Below are positions 1 to 8,309 of a stretch of DNA of 64,000 nt, in pieces. Position numbers and translations under genes: made by a program. This DNA is from Nanobdellota archaeon (GTDB lineage Archaea; Nanobdellota; Nanobdellia; Woesearchaeales; WJKV01), in the NCBI GenBank assembly GCA_023133595.1, contig JAGLWF010000002.1, positions 4,905 through 68,904 of the forward strand, read 5' to 3'. Each line of letters begins with the position of its first letter. Within the stretch, counting starts at the first letter, position 1. Below the pieces are notes generated by a model. It was not told where the DNA came from. It saw only the letters and a list, made by a program, of their open reading frames with translations, and made no database searches.

Positions 1-154
1 GGCCACAGGTAGAGCTCTCATAACCAAGAGTTTTTTTAGGAGTTACCCAAACATTATATCCTATATCATGCAAATTAGAAAGAGTCTCGATACCCCACTC
101 TGCCATTGTCCTTCTTTCCAGAACTTTGAAATCAATCGTGCTTGGCTTTTGCAT
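1..154 (-). CDS. Hypothetical protein, partial (runs off the window start)
   Basis: Read manually: ATG at 154, open frame MQKPSTIDFKVLERRTMAEWGIETLSNLHDIGYNVWVTPKKTLGYESSTCG to base 1; TATA-like tttatatata about 30 nt upstream. Confidence 0.6.
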   Translation of the reverse strand, partial: MQKPSTIDFKVLERRTMAEWGIETLSNLHDIGYNVWVTPKKTLGYESSTCG

Positions 155-267
155 TTTACTTTGAATGTATTTTCAATAATGAATATATAAAACTTCTGCT
201 GTAGCATTTATAAAAGCAAATCTTTAAATACGCAAATATCCTGATTAAATACATCAGGAGGATTACA

Positions 268-522
268 ATGGCAGAACGAAAAACAAAGAAAACAAAAGTT
301 GCAAAACCTAAAAAGGAAAAAACAAGAGAAGTTAGTTGGGTATTGACTGTTATCATGTCAGCTGTGTTTGGTCAACTGGGTGTTGACAGGTTTATCATGG
401 GTCATATTGGCTGGGGAATCCTAAAACTTGTGACACTAGGCGGCTTGGGAATCTGGTGGCTGATAGATTTAGTATTGATAGCTACAAAACATGAATTCAA
501 GGGCGTCAAATGGGTTGAATAA
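268..522 (+). CDS. TM2 domain (NINE) membrane protein
   Basis: Motif G.LG.DRF..G..G.GILKL.TLGG.GIWW.ID typical of TM2; AGGAGG Shine-Dalgarno upstream. Confidence 0.85.
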   Translation: MAERKTKKTKVAKPKKEKTREVSWVLTVIMSAVFGQLGVDRFIMGHIGWGILKLVTLGGLGIWWLIDLVLIATKHEFKGVKWVE

Positions 523-626
523 ACCCTTTTTTTCCTCTATTTCTATATACAAACTATAGATAAATTTATAAATCAGGAAATTACTTCCTATATAGATTAA
601 GCCTAAATACAAAGGAGGTGACGTAT

Positions 627-821
627 ATGGCAAAAGACACACTAAATTTAATTTCTGTGATTCTATGTTTGATTGCTGCAATCAATCTGGGACTTGTTGG
701 TCTGTTCAAGTATAATATACTTGCAACAATCTTCGGAGGAATCCCAATACTAGAAATGATAATCTACATTATCATTGGATTAGCAGGTCTATACATGTTG
801 TATGGTCTATTTAAGAAATAA
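627..821 (+). CDS. DUF378 family small membrane protein
   Basis: IAAINLGLVGLFKYN...IIYIIIGLAG resembles DUF378; GGAGGTG SD before the ATG at 627. Confidence 0.8.
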   Translation: MAKDTLNLISVILCLIAAINLGLVGLFKYNILATIFGGIPILEMIIYIIIGLAGLYMLYGLFKK

Positions 822-846
822 ATTTATTTCTTATTTTCTTTTTTCT

Positions 847-1359
847 TTATACAGCTTCAGGATATCTAGCCCTTATTTCAGCAAGAAGACATTTTCTGGC
901 TGGATTTGTTTTGCGATACATTGAATATCTTCCTGAATTTGCAAAAGACCGTCTAAGTATTGCCATCTGATCAACAGATTTTCCGCAAGCATCCAGAGAT
1001 CCTCCCACTACAAACTTTGAAACTGCAGGATACTGCTCAAGAAGAAAATATAAGCCTGACAATCTTCTCTTGAATTCTGGAAGTGTAGTTTCTCTGAATA
1101 TTCTCAATTCTTCTGCTGGAAATCTTGCATCCAATTTATCCAGGTCCATCTCTGCAAAACGGTCTTCAAGTAACTTATATGTTTCTCTGCATTTACTGAT
1201 CTCGTCTCTAAAGTCTTTCTCATCTTTACCCAGACTCTCTTCGATCCATTGCAGATTGCAAGAGAAAATAGAACCAACACTCATGAAATCACCGACATCA
1301 ATCATGTGCCATAATTTTTTTTCATCTGGATCCATTTTTACCTTTAGAACCATTACCAT
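847..1359 (-). CDS. Hypothetical protein
   Basis: 170-aa ORF overlapping the end of the upstream gene; no recognisable motif. Confidence 0.6.
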   Translation of the reverse strand: MVMVLKVKMDPDEKKLWHMIDVGDFMSVGSIFSCNLQWIEESLGKDEKDFRDEISKCRETYKLLEDRFAEMDLDKLDARFPAEELRIFRETTLPEFKRRLSGLYFLLEQYPAVSKFVVGGSLDACGKSVDQMAILRRSFANSGRYSMYRKTNPARKCLLAEIRARYPEAV

Positions 1360-2533
1360 TAGAGCCTAAAGCATAGAATACCTGCATCACATTGCCAAAA
1401 GCATCTGGGATGTAAGCAGCAGACTCATAAAGTTCTGTTTTTTGCTCTAGCTCTGTCAGAACATCTTTCATACCATATTTAGTTCTGCCTTTTCTATCTA
1501 CTCTTCGGTCTGTCTTCATTGCCTGGAAAAACTTTGCTCTTCTCAGGATACTTTTCATCAGATTTTCTTGATTTGTTGGATCATAGAAATATTCAGCAAA
1601 AAGATTTGATAGATTGTCAACCATATCAAGGATCTGTGTTTTTGTTGAAGAGTTAGGACTTCTGCAAGTAGTTTCAATTGTTTCAGGAGAAATCCGATCT
1701 TTGTTGTATACTTTTGCAGCCTGGATTGTAACATCGATTGCTAACTTACGAGCAGCATTAATAGCAAGATCATATTGTTGTGCCTTTGCTTCTAATTCAG
1801 TAAGTTTTTCTCTTAGTGATTCTCTTTGGTCTTCTAATTCCCTAAGCTGGTCTTTTACAAAATATAGACTCGCTTTCATCTTTTCATCAACTGAATTGTT
1901 ATTATGTAATCTTTTGTACATAGCAAATTCTTTGATAAACGGTCTCATTCTCTCATTTACTTTTTCGATTTCTTCACTTTTTCTCTTCACTTGACCCAGT
2001 TTCTGTCTCTGAAGGGCTGTGAAAAAACCAGTGTAAGCCAAAATGGTATAGTGCAGATAACAGTCTCTGTTCTCTTTTACTTTTTTAAGTCCTGCTTCAG
2101 ATGAATCAATAACATTTCCATTTGATCTGTCAATCTGAGCATTGATGCAGAAATTAGGATGCATTCCCATCTCTAGATAATTATTGATAACCTGTACCTC
2201 ATTTAAGTATGGTTTGACATCTTCTTTTATTGTGAATTTCACGCCCATAGCAGTGTCTTCCATTTCTCTTCCGTAAGGTTTTGGCCAGTAGATTGTCTTA
2301 TTGACTTCAGATTTTTTTGCTGCCTGTAATTGTTCGTTTACAAATCTCTTGATATCTACTAATCTCTCTTTTGATCTGAGAACTTTCGGAAGTGAAGCAC
2401 CGCAGATAAGCTTGATACCGTGCCAGCTTTCATTCTCAACCATCTCAATGACTTGAGTGTCAACACTAGAGATCCTTCTAGTTGTATTCTCGTCTGCTTT
2501 GTCAAAAAAATTATCGAGGCCAGTCAATTTCAT
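1322..2533 (-). CDS. Hypothetical coiled-coil protein
   Basis: 403-aa ORF with a central heptad-like charged helix (KDQLRELEDQRESLREKLTELEAKA). Confidence 0.7.
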   Translation of the reverse strand: MKLTGLDNFFDKADENTTRRISSVDTQVIEMVENESWHGIKLICGASLPKVLRSKERLVDIKRFVNEQLQAAKKSEVNKTIYWPKPYGREMEDTAMGVKFTIKEDVKPYLNEVQVINNYLEMGMHPNFCINAQIDRSNGNVIDSSEAGLKKVKENRDCYLHYTILAYTGFFTALQRQKLGQVKRKSEEIEKVNERMRPFIKEFAMYKRLHNNNSVDEKMKASLYFVKDQLRELEDQRESLREKLTELEAKAQQYDLAINAARKLAIDVTIQAAKVYNKDRISPETIETTCRSPNSSTKTQILDMVDNLSNLFAEYFYDPTNQENLMKSILRRAKFFQAMKTDRRVDRKGRTKYGMKDVLTELEQKTELYESAAYIPDAFGNVMQVFYALGSNGNGSKGKNGSR

Positions 2534-2753
2534 TTTATCATATGGTGTTTATTATTAATAAACACACTTTCGTATATCGCATTAAAAAAGCTCATTTTGA
2601 GCTTCTTTGAATTTTTAAAGCTTTATTTTTGCCTATAACCCTTTATAGGCTGAAAATAGGCTTTATAATGCCGATTATATATAGAAAAAAGATAGTCCTT
2701 TATAAAACTTTGGTATTTTTGTCACTACGTAGAGGCAACATACCCCCTTCATT

Positions 2754-5300
2754 TCACAATTTCTTAATCTGCTTCTTGAAATCTTCAAGATCATGAAGGA
2801 ATCTCTGTGCTGTCTTTATCAGGTGTTCTGGCTGTGTGGAAAAGACATTAGATACTTTCTCCACAACATCGCCTGCAAAAGTCTCTTTAGAAACAAGATT
2901 CAGGTCTTTCACATCAATCTTCTTTTTTTTCTTGACTGCTTTCCGCGCTTTTTTCCATTTTGTGAATAACTCCTCAGCACGTGCAGGAAGCTGGTTATCT
3001 TTTACCTTCAATAGTTTTGCCAACTGCTTCACAAGATCGCTCTCTTGCTTGCTTGCTTTTTTTGCAGCTTCACCAGCGACAAAAGTGATGCGTACAACAC
3101 CGTCCTGTATCTTTGTCGCACTGATTATCTTTATCTTTCCCGCTTCTTTTGTGTTGTGCAGATGCGTGCCAGCACAGCATTCAATATCAACCCCTGGAAT
3201 GTTTACCATCCTCAATTGTTTTCCAGGGACAGCTCCGCCTTGGTAGATGCTCATGCCGTACTTCTTCTCTGCTTCATTCCTTGGCATGAAGCATGATTCC
3301 ATCTCTATCCCCCCCCTGACAATCCTGTTTGATTCTTTTTCAATAGCATCCAATTCTTCTGGTGTCACACCTTGGAAATGCGTTATGTCCAGGTGTGCTT
3401 TCTCTTCTGTCTTTTTTGCACCAGCCTGGTTAATGTGCGGGCCCAGGATCCGCCTTGCAGCTGCATTGACAATATGTGTTGCAGTGTGATGTTTTGCTAA
3501 TTGAAACCGTCTGTCTTTATCAAGGATACAATCAACACTTTGGCCAACTTTAAACTTGTGATCCTTGTCCATGACATGGACAACAACATTTCCCTGCTTG
3601 AATACATCGACAACAGACTTGCCTGCAATGGTTCCAGTATCGTGCATCTGCCCTCCGGATGTTGGGTAGAAGAATGTTTTATCCAATACAATATTTTTTC
3701 CGACCATTGACAATACTTTTGCTTTGAACTTTGTGACTTTGTAATCATCATAGTAAAGAACTTCTGTCTCTGGCACTGCTTCAAAATCTGCCTCACCTTC
3801 TCTTCTTGTTGCGTGTATCTGTTCGATCTTCTCGTGTCTCTCAGAGACCAGTTTGTAGAAATTGTCAGGCACTTTTACTTTCTGTTTTGCTTTTGCAGCA
3901 GCCTCCTGTATTATTTCAGGTGCAATTCCCTGGGAATCGTAAAGCTCAACTAATTTGTCAGTGTCAATCTCCTGTTTTTTTGCAATGATTGATTCGACAA
4001 TACTGTGCGACTTTTGTTTTGTATTTTCATATTTGTTTATCTCCACGTCAAGGATACGGGTTGCATCATCTAAACTTTTCCGCAACTCTGGAAACACTGA
4101 CCTTAATTCATTTGCATGCCACTTGCATACATCCGGCAGATAGATTTTCCATCCATATTTATCAATGAAACCAAGCGAACGCCTGATAAGCATTCTTAAG
4201 TTATATCCACCGCCGACATTGGACGGAAGAGCACCATCATTCAAAGTAACCAAAAGTCCCCGCATATGTTCTGCGATTGAATAGATGCCTGCCATTGGCT
4301 GTATCTTTTCTTTCAAAGCTTTTGGTGTCATGTTTACTTTTTTTGCAACACTTCGCCATGCCTTGTCAATATCCTTTACTTCGTCAAGATTCAATTCTCC
4401 TGCGTGCGGTGTGAACTTTCGCATGAAAACAGGATCTGCCTTATACCCTGTTGCAGAATACATTTTCTTCAACACTGCTGGAAAAGTCGCGTCATAGATT
4501 GTAGGGGTTCCCTGCGAGAACCACGCATTCCTTTCCATGCCCATGCCCATATCAAGAACTTTTATGTTCAATTCTTTTGGTCCTGCTGATGTCTGTTCGT
4601 ATAACATGTAAACCTGATTGCCTAATTCAACTCCTCTGCTAAAGTATTCCATGCAGCAGCCGAAGTTTCCACCGCCTGCCCATGCATCTTCGTGGAATGT
4701 GACTTCTTTGTCAGGCAGACCCAGACCTTTGTTCAGCCACGCTTTGATATGCCTGAACACTTCATTCTGGTCCCAATCTTTTGGCTGGACAAACATGTGC
4801 TGTCCTATCATGACAAAACCAGTATTGTGCGATCCAGTAATACCAACATTGTCAGTGTCTGCGAATCGCATGCAGAACTGCGGTATCACAAGCGGATTTG
4901 CAGGAGGCTCCACTTCTCCTGAGACAACAAATGGCTGGAATGCTGCGATAGAAGAATTAGTATACTCCATTGTTGGATTCCAACGAGCAACAACAGGATA
5001 TCTTTTGATAGGTGTGTAGCCTAACTTCTTGAACATCTTTGCAAACTCAAGCCACACTTCAGCATAGCTCATCTTTTTTTTGCATGGATTGGATTTATAG
5101 AAACGGAAACCGCCAGAACATGCAGGGTCACCGCACGTCTTCTGGGTCTTGTTGACACTCCAGAAATGTGTACCGCACTTGCATCTCTTCCGCATGAAAC
5201 CTTCTTTCTTCAGGACAGAAGTGGCAAAATACTTGTCCGGACTCTTTGCAGTCACAGGCCTGAACTTCTCTTTCTGCTGTTTGTCAGTAAGCATCACCAT
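2754..5300 (-). CDS. alaS: Alanine--tRNA ligase (archaeal type)
   Basis: N-terminal Zn knuckle CKCG...CGDPAC, SIAAFQP, PQFCMRF, DMGMGMER, editing-domain HHTATH and CAGTH. Confidence 0.97.
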   Translation of the reverse strand: MVMLTDKQQKEKFRPVTAKSPDKYFATSVLKKEGFMRKRCKCGTHFWSVNKTQKTCGDPACSGGFRFYKSNPCKKKMSYAEVWLEFAKMFKKLGYTPIKRYPVVARWNPTMEYTNSSIAAFQPFVVSGEVEPPANPLVIPQFCMRFADTDNVGITGSHNTGFVMIGQHMFVQPKDWDQNEVFRHIKAWLNKGLGLPDKEVTFHEDAWAGGGNFGCCMEYFSRGVELGNQVYMLYEQTSAGPKELNIKVLDMGMGMERNAWFSQGTPTIYDATFPAVLKKMYSATGYKADPVFMRKFTPHAGELNLDEVKDIDKAWRSVAKKVNMTPKALKEKIQPMAGIYSIAEHMRGLLVTLNDGALPSNVGGGYNLRMLIRRSLGFIDKYGWKIYLPDVCKWHANELRSVFPELRKSLDDATRILDVEINKYENTKQKSHSIVESIIAKKQEIDTDKLVELYDSQGIAPEIIQEAAAKAKQKVKVPDNFYKLVSERHEKIEQIHATRREGEADFEAVPETEVLYYDDYKVTKFKAKVLSMVGKNIVLDKTFFYPTSGGQMHDTGTIAGKSVVDVFKQGNVVVHVMDKDHKFKVGQSVDCILDKDRRFQLAKHHTATHIVNAAARRILGPHINQAGAKKTEEKAHLDITHFQGVTPEELDAIEKESNRIVRGGIEMESCFMPRNEAEKKYGMSIYQGGAVPGKQLRMVNIPGVDIECCAGTHLHNTKEAGKIKIISATKIQDGVVRITFVAGEAAKKASKQESDLVKQLAKLLKVKDNQLPARAEELFTKWKKARKAVKKKKKIDVKDLNLVSKETFAGDVVEKVSNVFSTQPEHLIKTAQRFLHDLEDFKKQIKKL

Positions 5301-5378
5301 AGTGATTTGAATAGAAGAATGGTATATAAATGTTTTTATAGATAAGCTTATAAATTTCTATTTTATTTTTCTTCTAAA

Positions 5379-5570
5379 ATGGAATGCAAGCAGGCAAAGA
5401 ATAAAATTGATTGTGGATGCACTTATCCAGGCTGTCCCAGGAAAGGCAAGTGCTGCGAATGCATAAGATACCATTGGAAAAGGGGGGAACTGCCAGGTTG
5501 TTTGTTTTCAAGATCGGCAGAAAAGACTTATGACAGGACTGTTGAGAATTTCATAAGAGACCAGAGTTAA
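5379..5570 (+). CDS. Small Cys-rich protein (DUF6485-like)
   Basis: C.CTY..CPRKG.CCEC..YH....ELP.C.F....E.TYDR pattern. Confidence 0.75.
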   Translation: MECKQAKNKIDCGCTYPGCPRKGKCCECIRYHWKRGELPGCLFSRSAEKTYDRTVENFIRDQS

Positions 5571-5572
5571 GT

Positions 5573-6466
5573 TCATTCAAATAACCGCGCGAGGAAGTCA
5601 GTGATCAGTCCGCGGTGCTTTATCACTTCTTTTGTCGATACTAATGTCCTGTTCTTGACAACAGGTTTTTCTTTCTGCACTTCTTTGTATTCAACAGCAG
5701 GGATATGACTTGTCTTGTTCCGGTAGACAGTTGTTTCGACCAAACTCCTCTTCCCCACTTCAACTTCTTTCTGTCTTTTTTCACAGACTGTCTTCTGGCT
5801 CACGGATTCAGGTACAAGAATAATATCTTTGTCAAGGCTGAAAATAGTTTCCCATTGTATGCTTGGCAGTGTCAGGCATCTGCCAGGAAGAACTTCTGCA
5901 ATAACACCGCCGTGGCAGTCAACTTCCTCAGAACCATCCATCCTACAGTGCTTGTAGATCAACTGTAATTCATAATCTTCCTCTTGATTGCAGATGATCG
6001 GTGTCTGGTAGTAAGTCCCTTCCCAGTAGCCGACTGTGTGCAAGGAATCATATTTTTCATACATCTCGCTGAGATCACCGTGGTAGGAGATATTGAATTC
6101 CATATCAACATCATAGCAATAATCATAAGTAATGTTTGTCTTGCTCCTATTGCTGACAAGTTCTGTCACAGCCTCCTGCTCCTGCACAGGCACCACAACT
6201 TCATAAGGTATCTTTTCATATACATATTCAACATCGACTGTCATTATCTCTTCAGAGACAGTCTCCATTGCAGTGTACGGGACTGTGATGATTGTATTGA
6301 TGATTATCAGGAATATTAGAGTAAAAATAAAAGCCAGGAAGATAGGGGCGCTGAACTTGTGGTAGATGCACCAGAGCTTTACTTTCCTCTTCAATAGTTT
6401 GAAGAAGTGGGAAAGTTTCACCTCAGAATCTATGATCTCATCCACTATCTCTTTTTTCTTTTTCAT
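5573..6466 (-). CDS. Hypothetical membrane-anchored protein
   Basis: Single N-proximal TM helix followed by a beta-rich, Cys-containing extracellular region; start overlaps the rsmI stop (ATGA). Confidence 0.75.
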   Translation of the reverse strand: MKKKKEIVDEIIDSEVKLSHFFKLLKRKVKLWCIYHKFSAPIFLAFIFTLIFLIIINTIITVPYTAMETVSEEIMTVDVEYVYEKIPYEVVVPVQEQEAVTELVSNRSKTNITYDYCYDVDMEFNISYHGDLSEMYEKYDSLHTVGYWEGTYYQTPIICNQEEDYELQLIYKHCRMDGSEEVDCHGGVIAEVLPGRCLTLPSIQWETIFSLDKDIILVPESVSQKTVCEKRQKEVEVGKRSLVETTVYRNKTSHIPAVEYKEVQKEKPVVKNRTLVSTKEVIKHRGLITDFLARLFE

Positions 6467-7128
6467 TTTTTACCGATAATGATTACAAATTCTCCTTTTG
6501 GTTTTTTTTCCACAATCCTGTCCTTGATTTCAGAGACAGTGCTGCGGAATATCTCTTCAAATTTCTTTGTCAATTCACGACAAACCATGCACGGGCGGTC
6601 AGGCAGATGCTCTGCAAAGAACTCCATTGTCTTCTCTATCCTATATTGTGATTCATAGAAAACAGAAGTTTCATTCCTTTCTTTGACAATTGAAACAGTC
6701 TCTTCGCGTTTGCCCTGTTTCTTCTTCAAGAATCCGTAGAAAGTGAACATATTAGTAGGCAGGCCAGATATTGACAAAGCAGCAATAGCTGCAGACGGTC
6801 CAGGAACAGGAGAGATGTCTAATTTTTCTTTTGCAGCTTCCCGCACCAGATAAAAGCCAGGATCAGAGATTCCAGGAGTGCCTGCATCTGATACCAGAGC
6901 GACATCGTGATCTTTCTTAAGTACATCGATGATAAATTTTGTCCTCCTCTCTTTGTTCCTGTCATTATAAGAAATAGTTTTCTTGCCTTTGATCTCATAA
7001 CGACTCAACAACTTCTTTATCCGCCGGGTATCTTCTGCGCATATCAAATCCACTGTCCGCAAAACAGATATCAATCTAGAAGAGACATCATCAAGATTGC
7101 CTATAGGTGTTGCGCAGATGTATAACAT
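6463..7128 (-). CDS. rsmI: 16S rRNA (cytidine1402-2'-O)-methyltransferase
   Basis: LYICATPIGNLDD, AEDTR, VSDAGTPGISDPG, PGPSA, RELTK.FEE and KGE motifs. Confidence 0.93.
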   Translation of the reverse strand: MLYICATPIGNLDDVSSRLISVLRTVDLICAEDTRRIKKLLSRYEIKGKKTISYNDRNKERRTKFIIDVLKKDHDVALVSDAGTPGISDPGFYLVREAAKEKLDISPVPGPSAAIAALSISGLPTNMFTFYGFLKKKQGKREETVSIVKERNETSVFYESQYRIEKTMEFFAEHLPDRPCMVCRELTKKFEEIFRSTVSEIKDRIVEKKPKGEFVIIIGKK

Positions 7129-7137
7129 ATTACCCCC

Positions 7138-7296
7138 TCATTTAAATCTGGGCACCAAGACAAATGCAATCAATGCACAGCAGCCAATGACTATCCAGAA
7201 TGGGATTGCCCCTACCCATCCAGCACCATAAGCGATCAGATTAACAATCACAAAAGCTATTGTAATGATACTTACTATTTTCTTTACACCTGCCAT
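7138..7296 (-). CDS. Small two-TM membrane protein
   Basis: MAGVKKIVSIITIAFVIVNLIAYGAGWVGAIPFWIVIGCCALIAFVLVPRFK; TATA about 25 nt upstream. Confidence 0.7.
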   Translation of the reverse strand: MAGVKKIVSIITIAFVIVNLIAYGAGWVGAIPFWIVIGCCALIAFVLVPRFK

Positions 7297-7346
7297 ATCC
7301 AACAAAAAAGAAGCCGTGTTATAAAAATCTATTGAAAAAAGTACAC

Positions 7347-7439
7347 GCATAGCACGCTACGCTTGTTCATTAAATCTTCTCATTAAGTCGAGTCTATTTT
7401 ACTAGTATATTTATTCGAGAACTACGCTGGGTGCTATGC
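7347..7439 (-). repeat. Dispersed inverted-repeat element type A, copy 1 (93 bp, MITE/REP-like)
   Basis: Ends GCATAGCAC...GTGCTATGC; its reverse complement aligns end-to-end with 11428-11520. Confidence 0.85.
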
Positions 7440-8309
7440 CAGAAAAAGAGAATTTAAGAAGGGAGACAGAAATACTGTCCGCCATCACCTCCCTTCCTGT
7501 TAATTCCGGTCCCTGTTTTTCCTTTTTCTACCAAAAATCATTCATCTCTAGTTGCGGTTTACTTAACGGAGTGACCCATTGCTGGCCCAACCCAAAATAT
7601 TTCAATCTAACTTGTTCGAGCGCCTTTGGTTTTTTTCGTTTTGCAGTTCAGGTCTGCTCTGATTCCTCACCTTATCCTACTGCTCCCCAGGATATAATCC
7701 AGTTTACTTGCGACTCCAGTGTCAATCAGAGTCAATGTTTTTTAGTTTTTGGCAAACTATGACAGTAATTTTTGAATTATATCGAACATGAAGTGTATTA
7801 CCTTGTGTTCATAACTAATAAGGCCTGCAAAAATTAACATTACAGACTTCACAATTGATGTTGATGTGAGTGTCATAAGCATAAAAAAAGAAGGTCCATT
7901 TCCGATCTGATAGGGGTTGAGGGGTGTTATCAGAAATAAGTTTTCACGGAAATGGAAAGGACCTCTTTTTTGAACGTGAAATGGCTCTCCTTTTCTAGAA
8001 TGGGGAGAGGGGTTGCGAGAGGCCATCTAGAAATATAATATCCCTTTAAGGAGAGCCGGAATGCGTATGATCGGATACAAATCTCAGGTTTGTATACGTT
8101 TTTGTATACTGAGATATAATAAGCTATCCTCATATATAAATGTACCTCTTTTGTATCCGTGTTGTGTGTTAAATGACATTTTTAATATAGATATCTCGGC
8201 TGGGATGGAAAAGAGGAGGGCAGGATTGGTTTTTCAGAGGCAAGATCAGGGGAATTAATACATATCTTTTCAGAAATAGAGACTAAAACTGTTATTTTAA
8301 ATCATAGAT

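Noticed and set aside
1-105. tRNA-Met-like appearance on the + strand (CTCATAA, TCGATACCCC...GCCA)
   Set aside because: No matching T-stem or anticodon stem; the minus strand carries an open reading frame with a promoter
7436-8258. Track ORFs 7436-7762, 7930-8133 and 8061-8258 as genes
   Set aside because: Atypical composition, no SD, and they overlap repeats and hairpins
7440-8300. RNase P RNA or SRP RNA (rnp4 is present in the window)
   Set aside because: Could not find the GAGGAAAGUCC/P4 or SRP helix-8 signatures on either strand
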